A DNA stretch of 64,000 nucleotides. Origin: Candidatus Poribacteria bacterium. GTDB lineage: Bacteria > Poribacteria > WGA-4E > WGA-3G. Position numbers and translations under genes: made by a program. Below, one piece after another: positions 18,956 through 28,125 of this stretch (positions are counted from its first letter, which is position 1; each line of letters starts with the position of its first letter). The DNA lies in contig OZ242029.1 of NCBI GenBank assembly GCA_965205015.1, positions 4,064,001 to 4,128,000 of the forward strand. Reading direction: 5' to 3'. The notes beneath the pieces are model-generated. The model worked only from the letters and a program-made list of their open reading frames with translations, did not search any database and was not told where the DNA came from.

Positions 18956-19738
18956 ATGGAAAGGGTTACAATAACGAGATTTAATACTGTTTCGGTGTAT
19001 TTTTTCTGTTTTCTCCTGACTTTAGTGACGTTCTCCGTTACAGCAATGGCTGCGACAAAAAAAGTACTGATGTTGGGGAACAACATAACCAAGGTTGAAG
19101 CACCAACGATTAGTAAAGGTGTGAAAAAAGTTAAGAATTATACCTTCGATTACGAGATTACGCAAGATTCGAAACTCGCGAAAGCAGATGCCAAGGACTT
19201 TGATATCCTCTGGCTTGGGCAAGGTGAGATTTGCGAAGGTGGATGGCGTTTCACTGACCAGGGGTCAGATGCCGTTTTAGCGTTTGTTGAGGAGGGTGGG
19301 GTTTGCATTGTCGTTGAGCAGGACCACGATGATGCTGTGGGATGCCCAACCCCTTGGCTCCCGAAACCATTAAACGGTGATGAAACCGATGGCACACAGA
19401 ATTTTGAACCGACAAAAGCACCGGAGGTAGGAACGCTTTTCACCGAGCCAAACAAGATAAAAGTGATTGTGACGAACGATAAATGGCACAACCCCGATCG
19501 CGCGTATATTCCACTCGCGACACTCGGTAAGCATCTCATTGTTGCGCTCCTATATCATGATAAAGGCGCATATATCATCACATCGATGCAAAATGAAGAT
19601 CAAGCACAGGTCGATCTGAATCTTCCGTTTATTGAAAACCTGTTGTTCTATTCCGCTACCCTTCAGGATAAAATTCTTGCGGTTGAACCGCACCACAAAC
19701 TTGCTGTGGCATGGGCGCAACTCAAAACGAATCCATAA
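18956..19738 (+). CDS. Secreted hypothetical protein (GATase-like fold possible) with C-terminal VEPxxKLAxxW tag
   Basis: ATG 18956 after GGAGG; hydrophobic signal peptide; AFVEEGG; ends AVEPHHKLAVAWAQLKTNP. Confidence 0.7.
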   Translation: MERVTITRFNTVSVYFFCFLLTLVTFSVTAMAATKKVLMLGNNITKVEAPTISKGVKKVKNYTFDYEITQDSKLAKADAKDFDILWLGQGEICEGGWRFTDQGSDAVLAFVEEGGVCIVVEQDHDDAVGCPTPWLPKPLNGDETDGTQNFEPTKAPEVGTLFTEPNKIKVIVTNDKWHNPDRAYIPLATLGKHLIVALLYHDKGAYIITSMQNEDQAQVDLNLPFIENLLFYSATLQDKILAVEPHHKLAVAWAQLKTNP

Positions 19739-19814
19739 AACAATAGATGGATACAGTTTTCAGTAAGCCTTGCCAAGAACACAATAGTGCTTTAGCAATA
19801 TAGAGAGGGCTCTC

Positions 19815-20777
19815 ATGAAACTGCAACATATATTTACCCTCTGTTGTCTCGTCTTTGGGGTGCTATGCCCTGTTTTGGCAGAACAACTTGACAGCGAAAA
19901 GATTGTGTTTTCGTCAAATCGCGACGGCAATTGGGAAATTTACATGATGAACCCCGATGGCACTCGGCAAGAAAGGTTAACATACGACCGCGCCGTCGAT
20001 TGCGATCCAGTCATCTCACCAAAAGGTGACCAGATTCTCTTCAACTCCAACCGCAACGGAACACGCGACCTGTATCTGATGGACATAGATGGCAGAAATG
20101 TACGTCCGCTGTTTGGGTTCAGTGAAGCCTACAGAACCCATCCAACGTGGTCGCCCGATGGGAAGAGGATCGCCTATTCTCAGCGTGCTTTAGGTGGCAC
20201 AAACATTCACACCGCGAACGCTGATGGAACAGCAGTGAAACTGATTGTGCACTTAGAGAACGCCCTCAGTGGATATCCAACGTGGTCGTCGGATGCCAGG
20301 GAAATGGCGTTTGTTGTGGCGGATGAGATTCATTGGGCAAGCCGCCAAATCCGGTTTATGAATTTAGAAACCCGCAAACAGGAAACCCTTTTCCCTGACG
20401 ACTTCCCGCGAATGTTTAATCCTTCATGGGCACCCGTCGGCACCAGAATCGCATTCGTTTGGTTTAGACCGGCAGAAAAGCAGCAGGCCTTGTTCACTGT
20501 TAACCGGGACGGAAGCTACCTCAGACATATTGAGTCTTTCGTGGCGAATACGCCTGCTTGGGCACCCTTTGGGAACGAACTCATCTACGCCGAAGGTGTC
20601 ATCGGAAGTAATTCGCAGATCCTCAAAATCAATCTGGTAAGCCGGAAGGTTACACGACTTACAAAAGACGGAAGCAATTATCCCGGGAACTGGTTTGCCC
20701 CGAGGCAGCTGCCCGTTGCGCCATCGACATCGTTCTTAAGCACGGCGTGGGGTGATGTAAAAAACCCGACGAGGTAG
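19815..20777 (+). CDS. Secreted TolB-like (PD40) beta-propeller protein with degenerate KLATTWG-type tag
   Basis: IVFSSNRDGNWEIYMMNPDG and P.WSPDG repeats; ends VAPSTSFLSTAWGDVK. Confidence 0.85.
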   Translation: MKLQHIFTLCCLVFGVLCPVLAEQLDSEKIVFSSNRDGNWEIYMMNPDGTRQERLTYDRAVDCDPVISPKGDQILFNSNRNGTRDLYLMDIDGRNVRPLFGFSEAYRTHPTWSPDGKRIAYSQRALGGTNIHTANADGTAVKLIVHLENALSGYPTWSSDAREMAFVVADEIHWASRQIRFMNLETRKQETLFPDDFPRMFNPSWAPVGTRIAFVWFRPAEKQQALFTVNRDGSYLRHIESFVANTPAWAPFGNELIYAEGVIGSNSQILKINLVSRKVTRLTKDGSNYPGNWFAPRQLPVAPSTSFLSTAWGDVKNPTR

Positions 20778-20827
20778 CGAATGAACACCCGCCACCTTCA
20801 AACCAAAACCCATGGAGGTTGTATCTC

Positions 20828-21523
20828 CTATAACAATGCCGCCGCTAATTCCGTAAAATCGCTCACCGTTACGTCGGGTTGATAGGGTGTATTCTCATAC
20901 GGAAGTCGATAGCGATTCACAAACGCGCCTCTAAAGCCGCACGCCCGCGCCCCCATGATGTCAAACGAGTTCGCGGACACCATCAAGCACTCGCCAACTT
21001 CAAGCTTTAACTTCCCTGCCGCAGCACGGTAGACCGCCGGATGCGGCTTAAACGCACCCACCGATGTCACCGAGATCACATCGTCAAACTCCCACGCAAC
21101 CCGTTCCGTGACGAGATATTCTAAAAACGACGGATCCCCGTTGGACAATACCACTAACTGATACCAAGATTGCATCTCCGCAAGGGCATCCAACACTTCT
21201 GGAAAGGGAGAGAGGTGCTGCCAGCCGCGCATAAACTCTTCCACTGTTCCAGGCGTTGCGTCAATACCGTTTGCCCTCAGAACATAGTGCACCGCACGCT
21301 GAACCGTCTCTAAGTAACCGCTATGCCCGAGCATGACAATCGTATCTTGATACTGCTCGATCCGCTGACGGTACCGCCACTGCGCCCAGAATTCATCCGC
21401 TGATACATCGGCAGCACGTGCTTTCAACGATTCGTCAATGAAGGGGGTAAGACTCCCTCCCAAATCCAAAATCGTACCGAACAGGTCAAAGGTAAGAGCC
21501 TTCGTCTCTACAAAATTCGACAT
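20828..21523 (-). CDS. Haloacid dehalogenase type II
   Basis: FDLFGT, LSNG, FKPHPAVY, VSANSFDIMGA; ATG 21523 avoids overlap with upstream gene. Confidence 0.88.
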   Translation of the reverse strand: MSNFVETKALTFDLFGTILDLGGSLTPFIDESLKARAADVSADEFWAQWRYRQRIEQYQDTIVMLGHSGYLETVQRAVHYVLRANGIDATPGTVEEFMRGWQHLSPFPEVLDALAEMQSWYQLVVLSNGDPSFLEYLVTERVAWEFDDVISVTSVGAFKPHPAVYRAAAGKLKLEVGECLMVSANSFDIMGARACGFRGAFVNRYRLPYENTPYQPDVTVSDFTELAAALL

Positions 21524-21527
21524 TCTG

Positions 21528-22547
21528 TTATCCCAATTCGACTGTTCGTCCAGTTGCCATTGCTTCAAATGCCGCATCAATGACACGCATCTGATTCACG
21601 CAACTCTCTGGTGAGATACGGTGCGGTTTTCCGGTCGCTACAACCTCGCACATATGCTCCAATTGCAGGGCAAACTGGAAACAGGGTTCAAAATCAATGA
21701 CTTCTGTGCCTTCTCGCGTGGTCAGCTCAATGTTGACTGCTGAGTTCTCATTGTTCCAAACCCGATCGAGTCGGCACATACCGCCGGTACCTGACATTTC
21801 GGCATACTGTCCACCGGCGCAATTAAAACCGGTAGAAATTTGTGCAACCCGTTCACCCGGGAATACTAACAATAGATAGGAACCATCGTCCACTTCTAAC
21901 CCGGCTTGAGACATCCCCGACACCCGAATCGGTTCGGCGCCAAACATAAAGCGGGCGTGGTGGATATTGTAACACGCCAGATCGTAAATACTGCCGCCAC
22001 CTTTCGCTTTATTAAACCGCCAATTCATCTCAGGGCGTCGCGTTTCGGGTCCGCCGCCACCGCCGCCTGTACAGAAGGTACTGCGGATCGCCTTAAAGTC
22101 CCCAATTGCCCCCGAATCAATAAGTTCTTTCGCCTTCAGGTGCATCGGATGATGCCGGAATTTAAATGCTTCCGCCACCAGCACACCGTTCTCTTGCGCC
22201 GCACCCACGAACGCTTCCGCCTCCGCAGCTGTTGACGTGAACGGCTTCTCACATAAAATCGCTTTGACTTGACGGGACTCAGAAAGCTGGATACCGACCT
22301 CAGCGTGGAAAGCACCCCAGGTACAAATAACCGCTATATCCAAGTCTTCAGCGTCTAACATCTCTTCTAAAGAGAGGTAGCGGTTTTCAGGAGCCACATC
22401 GAATCGTTCACCGAAATTTGCTAATGCGTTTTCCGACACGTCACAGATCGCAGCCAATTCAGCACTGGGGGCTTGTTGGCACGCGTTGCCGTGTGCGTTG
22501 GCGATGCCACCTGCGCCGACAAGTCCGACACGGTAAGTAGTTGACAT
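21528..22547 (-). CDS. Gfo/Idh/MocA family oxidoreductase
   Basis: GLVGAGGIA, LCEKP, GGGSIYDLACY. Confidence 0.92.
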   Translation of the reverse strand: MSTTYRVGLVGAGGIANAHGNACQQAPSAELAAICDVSENALANFGERFDVAPENRYLSLEEMLDAEDLDIAVICTWGAFHAEVGIQLSESRQVKAILCEKPFTSTAAEAEAFVGAAQENGVLVAEAFKFRHHPMHLKAKELIDSGAIGDFKAIRSTFCTGGGGGGPETRRPEMNWRFNKAKGGGSIYDLACYNIHHARFMFGAEPIRVSGMSQAGLEVDDGSYLLLVFPGERVAQISTGFNCAGGQYAEMSGTGGMCRLDRVWNNENSAVNIELTTREGTEVIDFEPCFQFALQLEHMCEVVATGKPHRISPESCVNQMRVIDAAFEAMATGRTVELG

Positions 22548-22564
22548 AATAGTTCCTTTCTCTG

Positions 22565-23323
22565 TTACGTTGCTGTTAAGGGATAACCGTTTTCAACGAT
22601 TGCTTTTTTCAGAAACTCAAACTCGTATTGTGGTAACGCTGCGCCCGGCTCCAATGCTGCGACATCTTTTTTCCAACGCGCGATTGCGTCTGCCCGGACG
22701 ATTATCCTACCCAATGGGATTCCCAAGAACACCTCAAGCTTTTTGAGGGTTGCCTCCTGATTCAGGACGAAGTCCTCAAAACGGATCTGGATGACATTCT
22801 TGGGCATCGGTGTGGCTTGCATAAGCTTATACTGATAGATCCACGAAATCGCCCGTCTTTCATAGATATCGTCCGTTTCAGGATAGAAGACCCCAAAATC
22901 CCGAAGGTCATCGGTTTTATGACTGCCCCGGATACAATCCCGTGGATCCCGAATCCAGTGGATGAACTTTATCTCAGGAAACATCCGAATTATCCATGGA
23001 TAGACTAACGTCGTCTCTGGTATCTTCCAGCCTTTATGGGGTGCCGGATTCTGTAGCACGTCTTCAAGATAGGTAGTGATGAGCCGCTCAAATTCCGGAT
23101 CAATCGGCATCGTAAACAGGGGTTCAAAATCCCATGAGAGTCCGCCTTCCCACTTGACATATTGTGCCATCACTCGGCACGCATCATACATCGCGAACGG
23201 TGGAATCTTATCACCGGAGGGGTTCAGCTGGCTTCCCATGAAAACCCCACTGGCGTATAACGTATGAGAAATGGCGCGCGTCCCAGAATGACCGCGTCCA
23301 ATCACTGTAATCAAACTTTTCAT
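22565..23323 (-). CDS. Sulfotransferase family protein
   Basis: PAPS motifs GRGHSGT, WKIPET, IHWIRDPRD, IRFEDFV. Confidence 0.85.
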   Translation of the reverse strand: MKSLITVIGRGHSGTRAISHTLYASGVFMGSQLNPSGDKIPPFAMYDACRVMAQYVKWEGGLSWDFEPLFTMPIDPEFERLITTYLEDVLQNPAPHKGWKIPETTLVYPWIIRMFPEIKFIHWIRDPRDCIRGSHKTDDLRDFGVFYPETDDIYERRAISWIYQYKLMQATPMPKNVIQIRFEDFVLNQEATLKKLEVFLGIPLGRIIVRADAIARWKKDVAALEPGAALPQYEFEFLKKAIVENGYPLTAT

Positions 23324-23660
23324 AGTAGAGAGTGTAACATAGAAATCACTTGTTTATTTCAGGAAATTAAAGGATAATAAGTATAGAAAAGGGCACGCAT
23401 TGCTCTCAGAGACTTACCCAATTTTTGTCTCCAATTGTTTGAAAGATATTGTAGCAAATATCTAAAACAAAACAAATCATTTTTTACAAAGGGTTTCATA
23501 CCATGTGCAAATTCCTATCATTAACGCGTCTCATTGTCCTATTAGTCGCACTCGTCAAATGTGACAGTGTCCAAGAAACGGCAAAAAGCAGTTTCACAAG
23601 CAGAGCGATCCCTTCTAACCCGAACAGCAATGGACCCAAGTTTCTCCAACACATTCTGAT

Positions 23661-25673
23661 ATGAGAATTTCTATTTTCCTGAGATTGACACTACTGACAC
23701 TCTTTATCTGCTGTTTCTCGGCTATCGCTCAAGATTCCACCCAATTCAGTCTACCCGAGGGGGCAATCGCACGGCTCGGTAAAGGAACGTTAGGCAAAAT
23801 CCATTTCTCTCCGGATGGCAGTCGATTTGCGGTTTCGAGTTCTATCGGTATCTGGTTCTATGATCCAAAAACCGGTAAAGAATTAGAGCTGCTGCGGTAC
23901 ACAGACGGGGTCTCTCCTTTCGCGTTTGCGTATTCACCCGATGGAAACACCATCGCCAGTGCGGGCACCAACGAGATGACAGTGATAACAGGAACACGCG
24001 AGGCGAGGCTTCCGTCAATTTCTGGGCATGTAGTACAGATGCGCGATGTTACAACCGGAGAGAAAAGAACGACAGTCAGCGTCCAGACCCAGCGAGTTGC
24101 TAACATCGTATACGCGCCCGATGGAAACACGATCGCGACGGCAAGAAAGCAGGACCACACGGTCTATTTGTGGGACACTGCGACAGGAAAATCCAAGGGA
24201 ACACTCCAAAGGGTGGGGAGAGGAAGCGTTCAGTCTTTCGTATATGCACCCGATGGGAAGACGATCGCGACGGCTGGTGGTTGGACAGGCACCTTTGTGC
24301 AGGTGTGGGACGCACAAACGGGTGCCCACAAAAAAACATTTACTGGACATACGAAGCAAGTCAATGCCGTTGCATATTCACTTGATGGCAAGACGCTCGT
24401 TTCTGGGAGCACAGATGGCACAGTGCGGCTGTGGGAGGTAACCACCGGAGCACAGAAAGTCGTTCTGGGACGGACGAGTTGGATTAATTTTCTGTTTCCG
24501 TGGCTGAATCCCCCTGTTAATTCTGTGGCATATTCACCCGATGGGAAGACCGTGGCTGCTGCAAGTTGGGATCGCAAATTACGCTTATGCGATACACGAA
24601 CAACAAAACTTAAAGCAACACTTATTGGACATACGGGTCCAGTAGACGCTGTCGTATATTCACCCGATGGAAAGACAATTGCCACTGCTGGAGGTTGGGA
24701 AGACCATACTGTGCGATTATGGGATGCTCGCACGGGTGAAACCACAGCCGTTCTCACAGGATATACCCATATCAGTTCTGTCGCATATTCGTCTGATGGC
24801 AAGACGCTCGCCACGGGTGGGGGATCTCGTAGCAACTCACTGCAGTTGTGGGATGTTCCGACAAGGAAACGCAAAACGACATATACCGAACACACGGACG
24901 GCATGCTCTCTTCTATCGTGTATTCGCCTGATGGCAAGACGCTCGCTGCGGTGGACCTGGAAAATGATACGGTTCGGTTGTGGAGTAGCGGAACGGGCAA
25001 ACACAAAGCCACATTCAAACATACCAACGCAAGGCGTGAGTACGACATATCCTCGGTGGTATACTCACCCGATGGACATACCCTTGCTGTCGTCGGCGGA
25101 TATTATAAACAGCATAAAGGGACGGTGTACCTCTGGCACGTGCAGACACGGAGACGCAAGATCATATATGAAGGACCCGATTATATATCTTCGGTAGCGT
25201 ATTCGCCAGACGGCAGAACGATCGCTACCGGAAGCTGGAACGGCAAGATACAGGTGTGGCATACTGTAACGGGTGAGGAACTTAAAGCAATCCCTACAAA
25301 ACACAAAGGCGGGGTCGAGTCATTAGCCTATTCACCCGATGGAAAGACCCTCGTTTCTGGTGGAGGCTATCGCGACGATCTTGTGCAATTGTGGGACGCA
25401 ACAACGGGGGAACATAAAACCATACTCAGGGGACATACGCAGACTGTCAGTGCTGTCGTGTATTCACCCGATGGTAAGACGATCGCTTCTGGGAGTACAG
25501 ATGGCACGCTTCGTCTCTGGGATGCGATAACAAGGGAACACAAAGCCACTTTCACCGCACATACGGACATCGTTTCTGTCGTGTATTCACCTGACGGAAA
25601 GACGATCGTTACCAGAAGTACCGACGGCACAGTACTCCTCTGGAAAATCAAACCGATAACTGATAGCCATTAA
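23661..25673 (+). CDS. Secreted WD40-repeat protein lacking the CTD
   Basis: Signal peptide, LPEGAIARLGKG cap, YSPDG-type repeats, ends right after the last blade. Confidence 0.9.
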   Translation: MRISIFLRLTLLTLFICCFSAIAQDSTQFSLPEGAIARLGKGTLGKIHFSPDGSRFAVSSSIGIWFYDPKTGKELELLRYTDGVSPFAFAYSPDGNTIASAGTNEMTVITGTREARLPSISGHVVQMRDVTTGEKRTTVSVQTQRVANIVYAPDGNTIATARKQDHTVYLWDTATGKSKGTLQRVGRGSVQSFVYAPDGKTIATAGGWTGTFVQVWDAQTGAHKKTFTGHTKQVNAVAYSLDGKTLVSGSTDGTVRLWEVTTGAQKVVLGRTSWINFLFPWLNPPVNSVAYSPDGKTVAAASWDRKLRLCDTRTTKLKATLIGHTGPVDAVVYSPDGKTIATAGGWEDHTVRLWDARTGETTAVLTGYTHISSVAYSSDGKTLATGGGSRSNSLQLWDVPTRKRKTTYTEHTDGMLSSIVYSPDGKTLAAVDLENDTVRLWSSGTGKHKATFKHTNARREYDISSVVYSPDGHTLAVVGGYYKQHKGTVYLWHVQTRRRKIIYEGPDYISSVAYSPDGRTIATGSWNGKIQVWHTVTGEELKAIPTKHKGGVESLAYSPDGKTLVSGGGYRDDLVQLWDATTGEHKTILRGHTQTVSAVVYSPDGKTIASGSTDGTLRLWDAITREHKATFTAHTDIVSVVYSPDGKTIVTRSTDGTVLLWKIKPITDSH

Positions 25674-25690
25674 AAAAACAGGAGATTGAT

Positions 25691-26695
25691 ATGAACAGAC
25701 CACCAGAAGCCTTCGTTCACGTAGACGAAGAGCGTTTGCTTAACTTTTCTACCGCTTGTTTTGAAAAAGCTGGTATTACACACGAACACGCCGCACTCAT
25801 CAGCCGCTTGCTCGTCAATTCCGACTTACGGGGTGTCCGGAGTCACGGTACCCGAACCGTCAACGGATATTGTGGCGGTTTTGAAAACGGGAGTTTCAAT
25901 CCCAACCCCGATATCCGTGTCATCCGTGAAACGCCAACCGCTGTCGTGTTGGATGGCAACGGTACCCTCGGCTATCTCCCGATGGTGCGCGCCACCGAAC
26001 ACGCCATCGCCAAAGCGAAAGAGGTCGGCATCGGGATGGGGCTCGTCCGCTACATTGGACACTACGGATCTGCAGGACACTATGCGCGTATCTGTAACGA
26101 AGCCGGGTGTATCGGTTTTTCAGTGCAGGGGTATCAGAACCAAGGCAACGCTGAAAACCAAGACCCGAAACCGCAACTCGGCTACTACGGCAATCCACCC
26201 ATCTGTTTCGCGATCCCCGCTAACGAGGAACCCCCGGTCGTGCTGGATGCCGCAACCTGTATCATGGCGGATTACCAACGCGGTCCCGATTTCGATACCC
26301 TGCTTTCGATGATACCAGCGGCTTTCTTCAAGAGCGTCGGCTACACCGCCGTCGCGAGTCTGCTCGGGGGTGCTTTAACCGGTTTCACTGAACCCCCACC
26401 CGAAGATACCGCAAAATGGGGTGGGGCAGGCATGGGCGGAATGGTGCTCGCTATAGACATCGAATCCGTTGTGCCATCTGCTGTTTTCCACGCCGAAGTC
26501 GACCGCATGGTGCATGATGTTCGTGAAACTTACGAACCGATGCCGGGGACAGACAGAGCGCTCCTACCGGGTGCGATCGAAACGGAGCGCACGGAACAGC
26601 ATCGTCGTGACGGCATCCGTTACGGTGAGATGGAACAGGAATCCGCCCGCGGAGTCAGTGAACGGTTAGGGGTGCCACTCCCTTGGGACGAATAA
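25691..26695 (+). CDS. Ldh_2 family (malate/L-lactate/ureidoglycolate-type) dehydrogenase, copy 1
   Basis: SDLRGVRSHG, GHYGSAGHYA, GNPPICFAIP, LDAAT, LLPG.E. Confidence 0.85.
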   Translation: MNRPPEAFVHVDEERLLNFSTACFEKAGITHEHAALISRLLVNSDLRGVRSHGTRTVNGYCGGFENGSFNPNPDIRVIRETPTAVVLDGNGTLGYLPMVRATEHAIAKAKEVGIGMGLVRYIGHYGSAGHYARICNEAGCIGFSVQGYQNQGNAENQDPKPQLGYYGNPPICFAIPANEEPPVVLDAATCIMADYQRGPDFDTLLSMIPAAFFKSVGYTAVASLLGGALTGFTEPPPEDTAKWGGAGMGGMVLAIDIESVVPSAVFHAEVDRMVHDVRETYEPMPGTDRALLPGAIETERTEQHRRDGIRYGEMEQESARGVSERLGVPLPWDE

Positions 26696-26714
26696 CCTTG
26701 CTCAGGAGGAAAAC

Positions 26715-27716
26715 ATGAATAGACCACCAGAAGCTTTCGTCGTCGTAGATGAGGAACGACTTCTCAACTTCTCTACCGCTTGCTTTGAGAAAGCCGGCGT
26801 TCCCCATGAACACGCCGCACTCATCAGCCGCTTGCTCGTCAATTCCGACTTACGGGGTGTCCGCAGTCACGGCACGCAGACTGTGAATCGGTATTGTGCA
26901 GGCTTTGAAAACGGAAACCTCAACCCGAACCCGGATATCCGCATCATCCATGAGACACCGACTGCTGTTGTGCTTGATGGCAACGGCACGCTCGGCTATC
27001 TCCCGATGGTGCGTGCCACCGAACACGCCATCGCCAAAGCGAAAGCGGTCGGCATCGGAATGGGACTCGTTCGTTACATTGGACACTACGGGTCTGCAGG
27101 GCATTATGCACGTATGTGTAACGAAGCCGGATGCATCGGTTTTTCGGTCCAAGGATCCCGGAACCACGGCAATGCCGGAAACCAAGACCCGAAACCGCAA
27201 CTCGGCTACTACGGCAACCCACCCATCTGTTTCGCCATTCCCTCCGATGAGGAACCCCCGGTTGTGCTGGATGCTGCAACCTGTATCATGGCGGATTACC
27301 AACGCGGTCCCGATTTCGATGCCCTGCTTTCGATGATACCCGCTGCTTTCTTCAAGAGTATTGGCTATACCGCCGTGGCACACCTCCTTGGTGGTGGACT
27401 CACCGGCTTCACGGAACCCCCACCGGAGGACACCGCAAAATGGAAACCTCCACAAGGTGGAATGGTCCTCGCCATAGATATCGAATCCGTTGTACCACTT
27501 GATGTTTTCCGTGCCGAAGTCGATCGGATGGTGCACGACGTTCGTGAAACATACGAACCGATGCCGGGAACCGACAAGGCACTCCTACCCGGAGCAATTG
27601 AAACGCAACGCACAGAACTGCATCGGCGTGAAGGCATCCGTTACGGGGAAGCGGAACAGGAATCCGCACGTGCGGTCAGTAAACGTTTAGGCGTGCCACT
27701 CCCTTGGGACGAATAA
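26715..27716 (+). CDS. Ldh_2 family dehydrogenase, copy 2
   Basis: Close tandem paralog of 25691..26695. Confidence 0.85.
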   Translation: MNRPPEAFVVVDEERLLNFSTACFEKAGVPHEHAALISRLLVNSDLRGVRSHGTQTVNRYCAGFENGNLNPNPDIRIIHETPTAVVLDGNGTLGYLPMVRATEHAIAKAKAVGIGMGLVRYIGHYGSAGHYARMCNEAGCIGFSVQGSRNHGNAGNQDPKPQLGYYGNPPICFAIPSDEEPPVVLDAATCIMADYQRGPDFDALLSMIPAAFFKSIGYTAVAHLLGGGLTGFTEPPPEDTAKWKPPQGGMVLAIDIESVVPLDVFRAEVDRMVHDVRETYEPMPGTDKALLPGAIETQRTELHRREGIRYGEAEQESARAVSKRLGVPLPWDE

Positions 27717-27724
27717 CTTTTATC

Positions 27725-27847
27725 GGACTTACGCAGGCCGCTCTTTTGTAGCATAGGAGACCTTTAGTTTCCTCTGCTACGAGAACGTCTGCGTTTTTTA
27801 TACGCGCGCTCATGGCACCGGCGTTGATCAAAATTGCGTCCATCCTG
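27725..27847. repeat. Degenerate GGACTTACGCA-bounded element with GTAG...CTAC hairpin
   Basis: GGACTTACGCA start, TGCGTCCATCCT end, interior GTAGCATAGGA...TCCTCTGCTAC; compare 38194-38394. Confidence 0.5.
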
Positions 27848-28125
27848 TTTTATACTGTTGTAGAAGAAAGAAAATCAAAAAACAGATGAGATTTTCATTG
27901 TCTTTTTTTGGAAAATGTTGCATACTTTCTTACAGGATTTTTGGATACCCCAAGATAGCCTGTCTATATGACATTGCCAAAACACGTGTTCCAGTAGCAG
28001 TGATCTCCGAATCGCGACACTCAACAGAAAATCGGTAGAAAACCGAAAACTGAATGGCTCTGGAAGAGGGTACCTAATATACTATTTTTTATCTTTGAGT
28101 TTTACATTTTAAGAAAGGTTTCGTT

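Noticed and set aside
8935-25651. Numerous antisense and alternate-frame ORFs over WD40 genes, with recurring PSGLNA/PSGEY
   Set aside because: Shadows of the repetitive sense-strand codons; no independent start signals or domains
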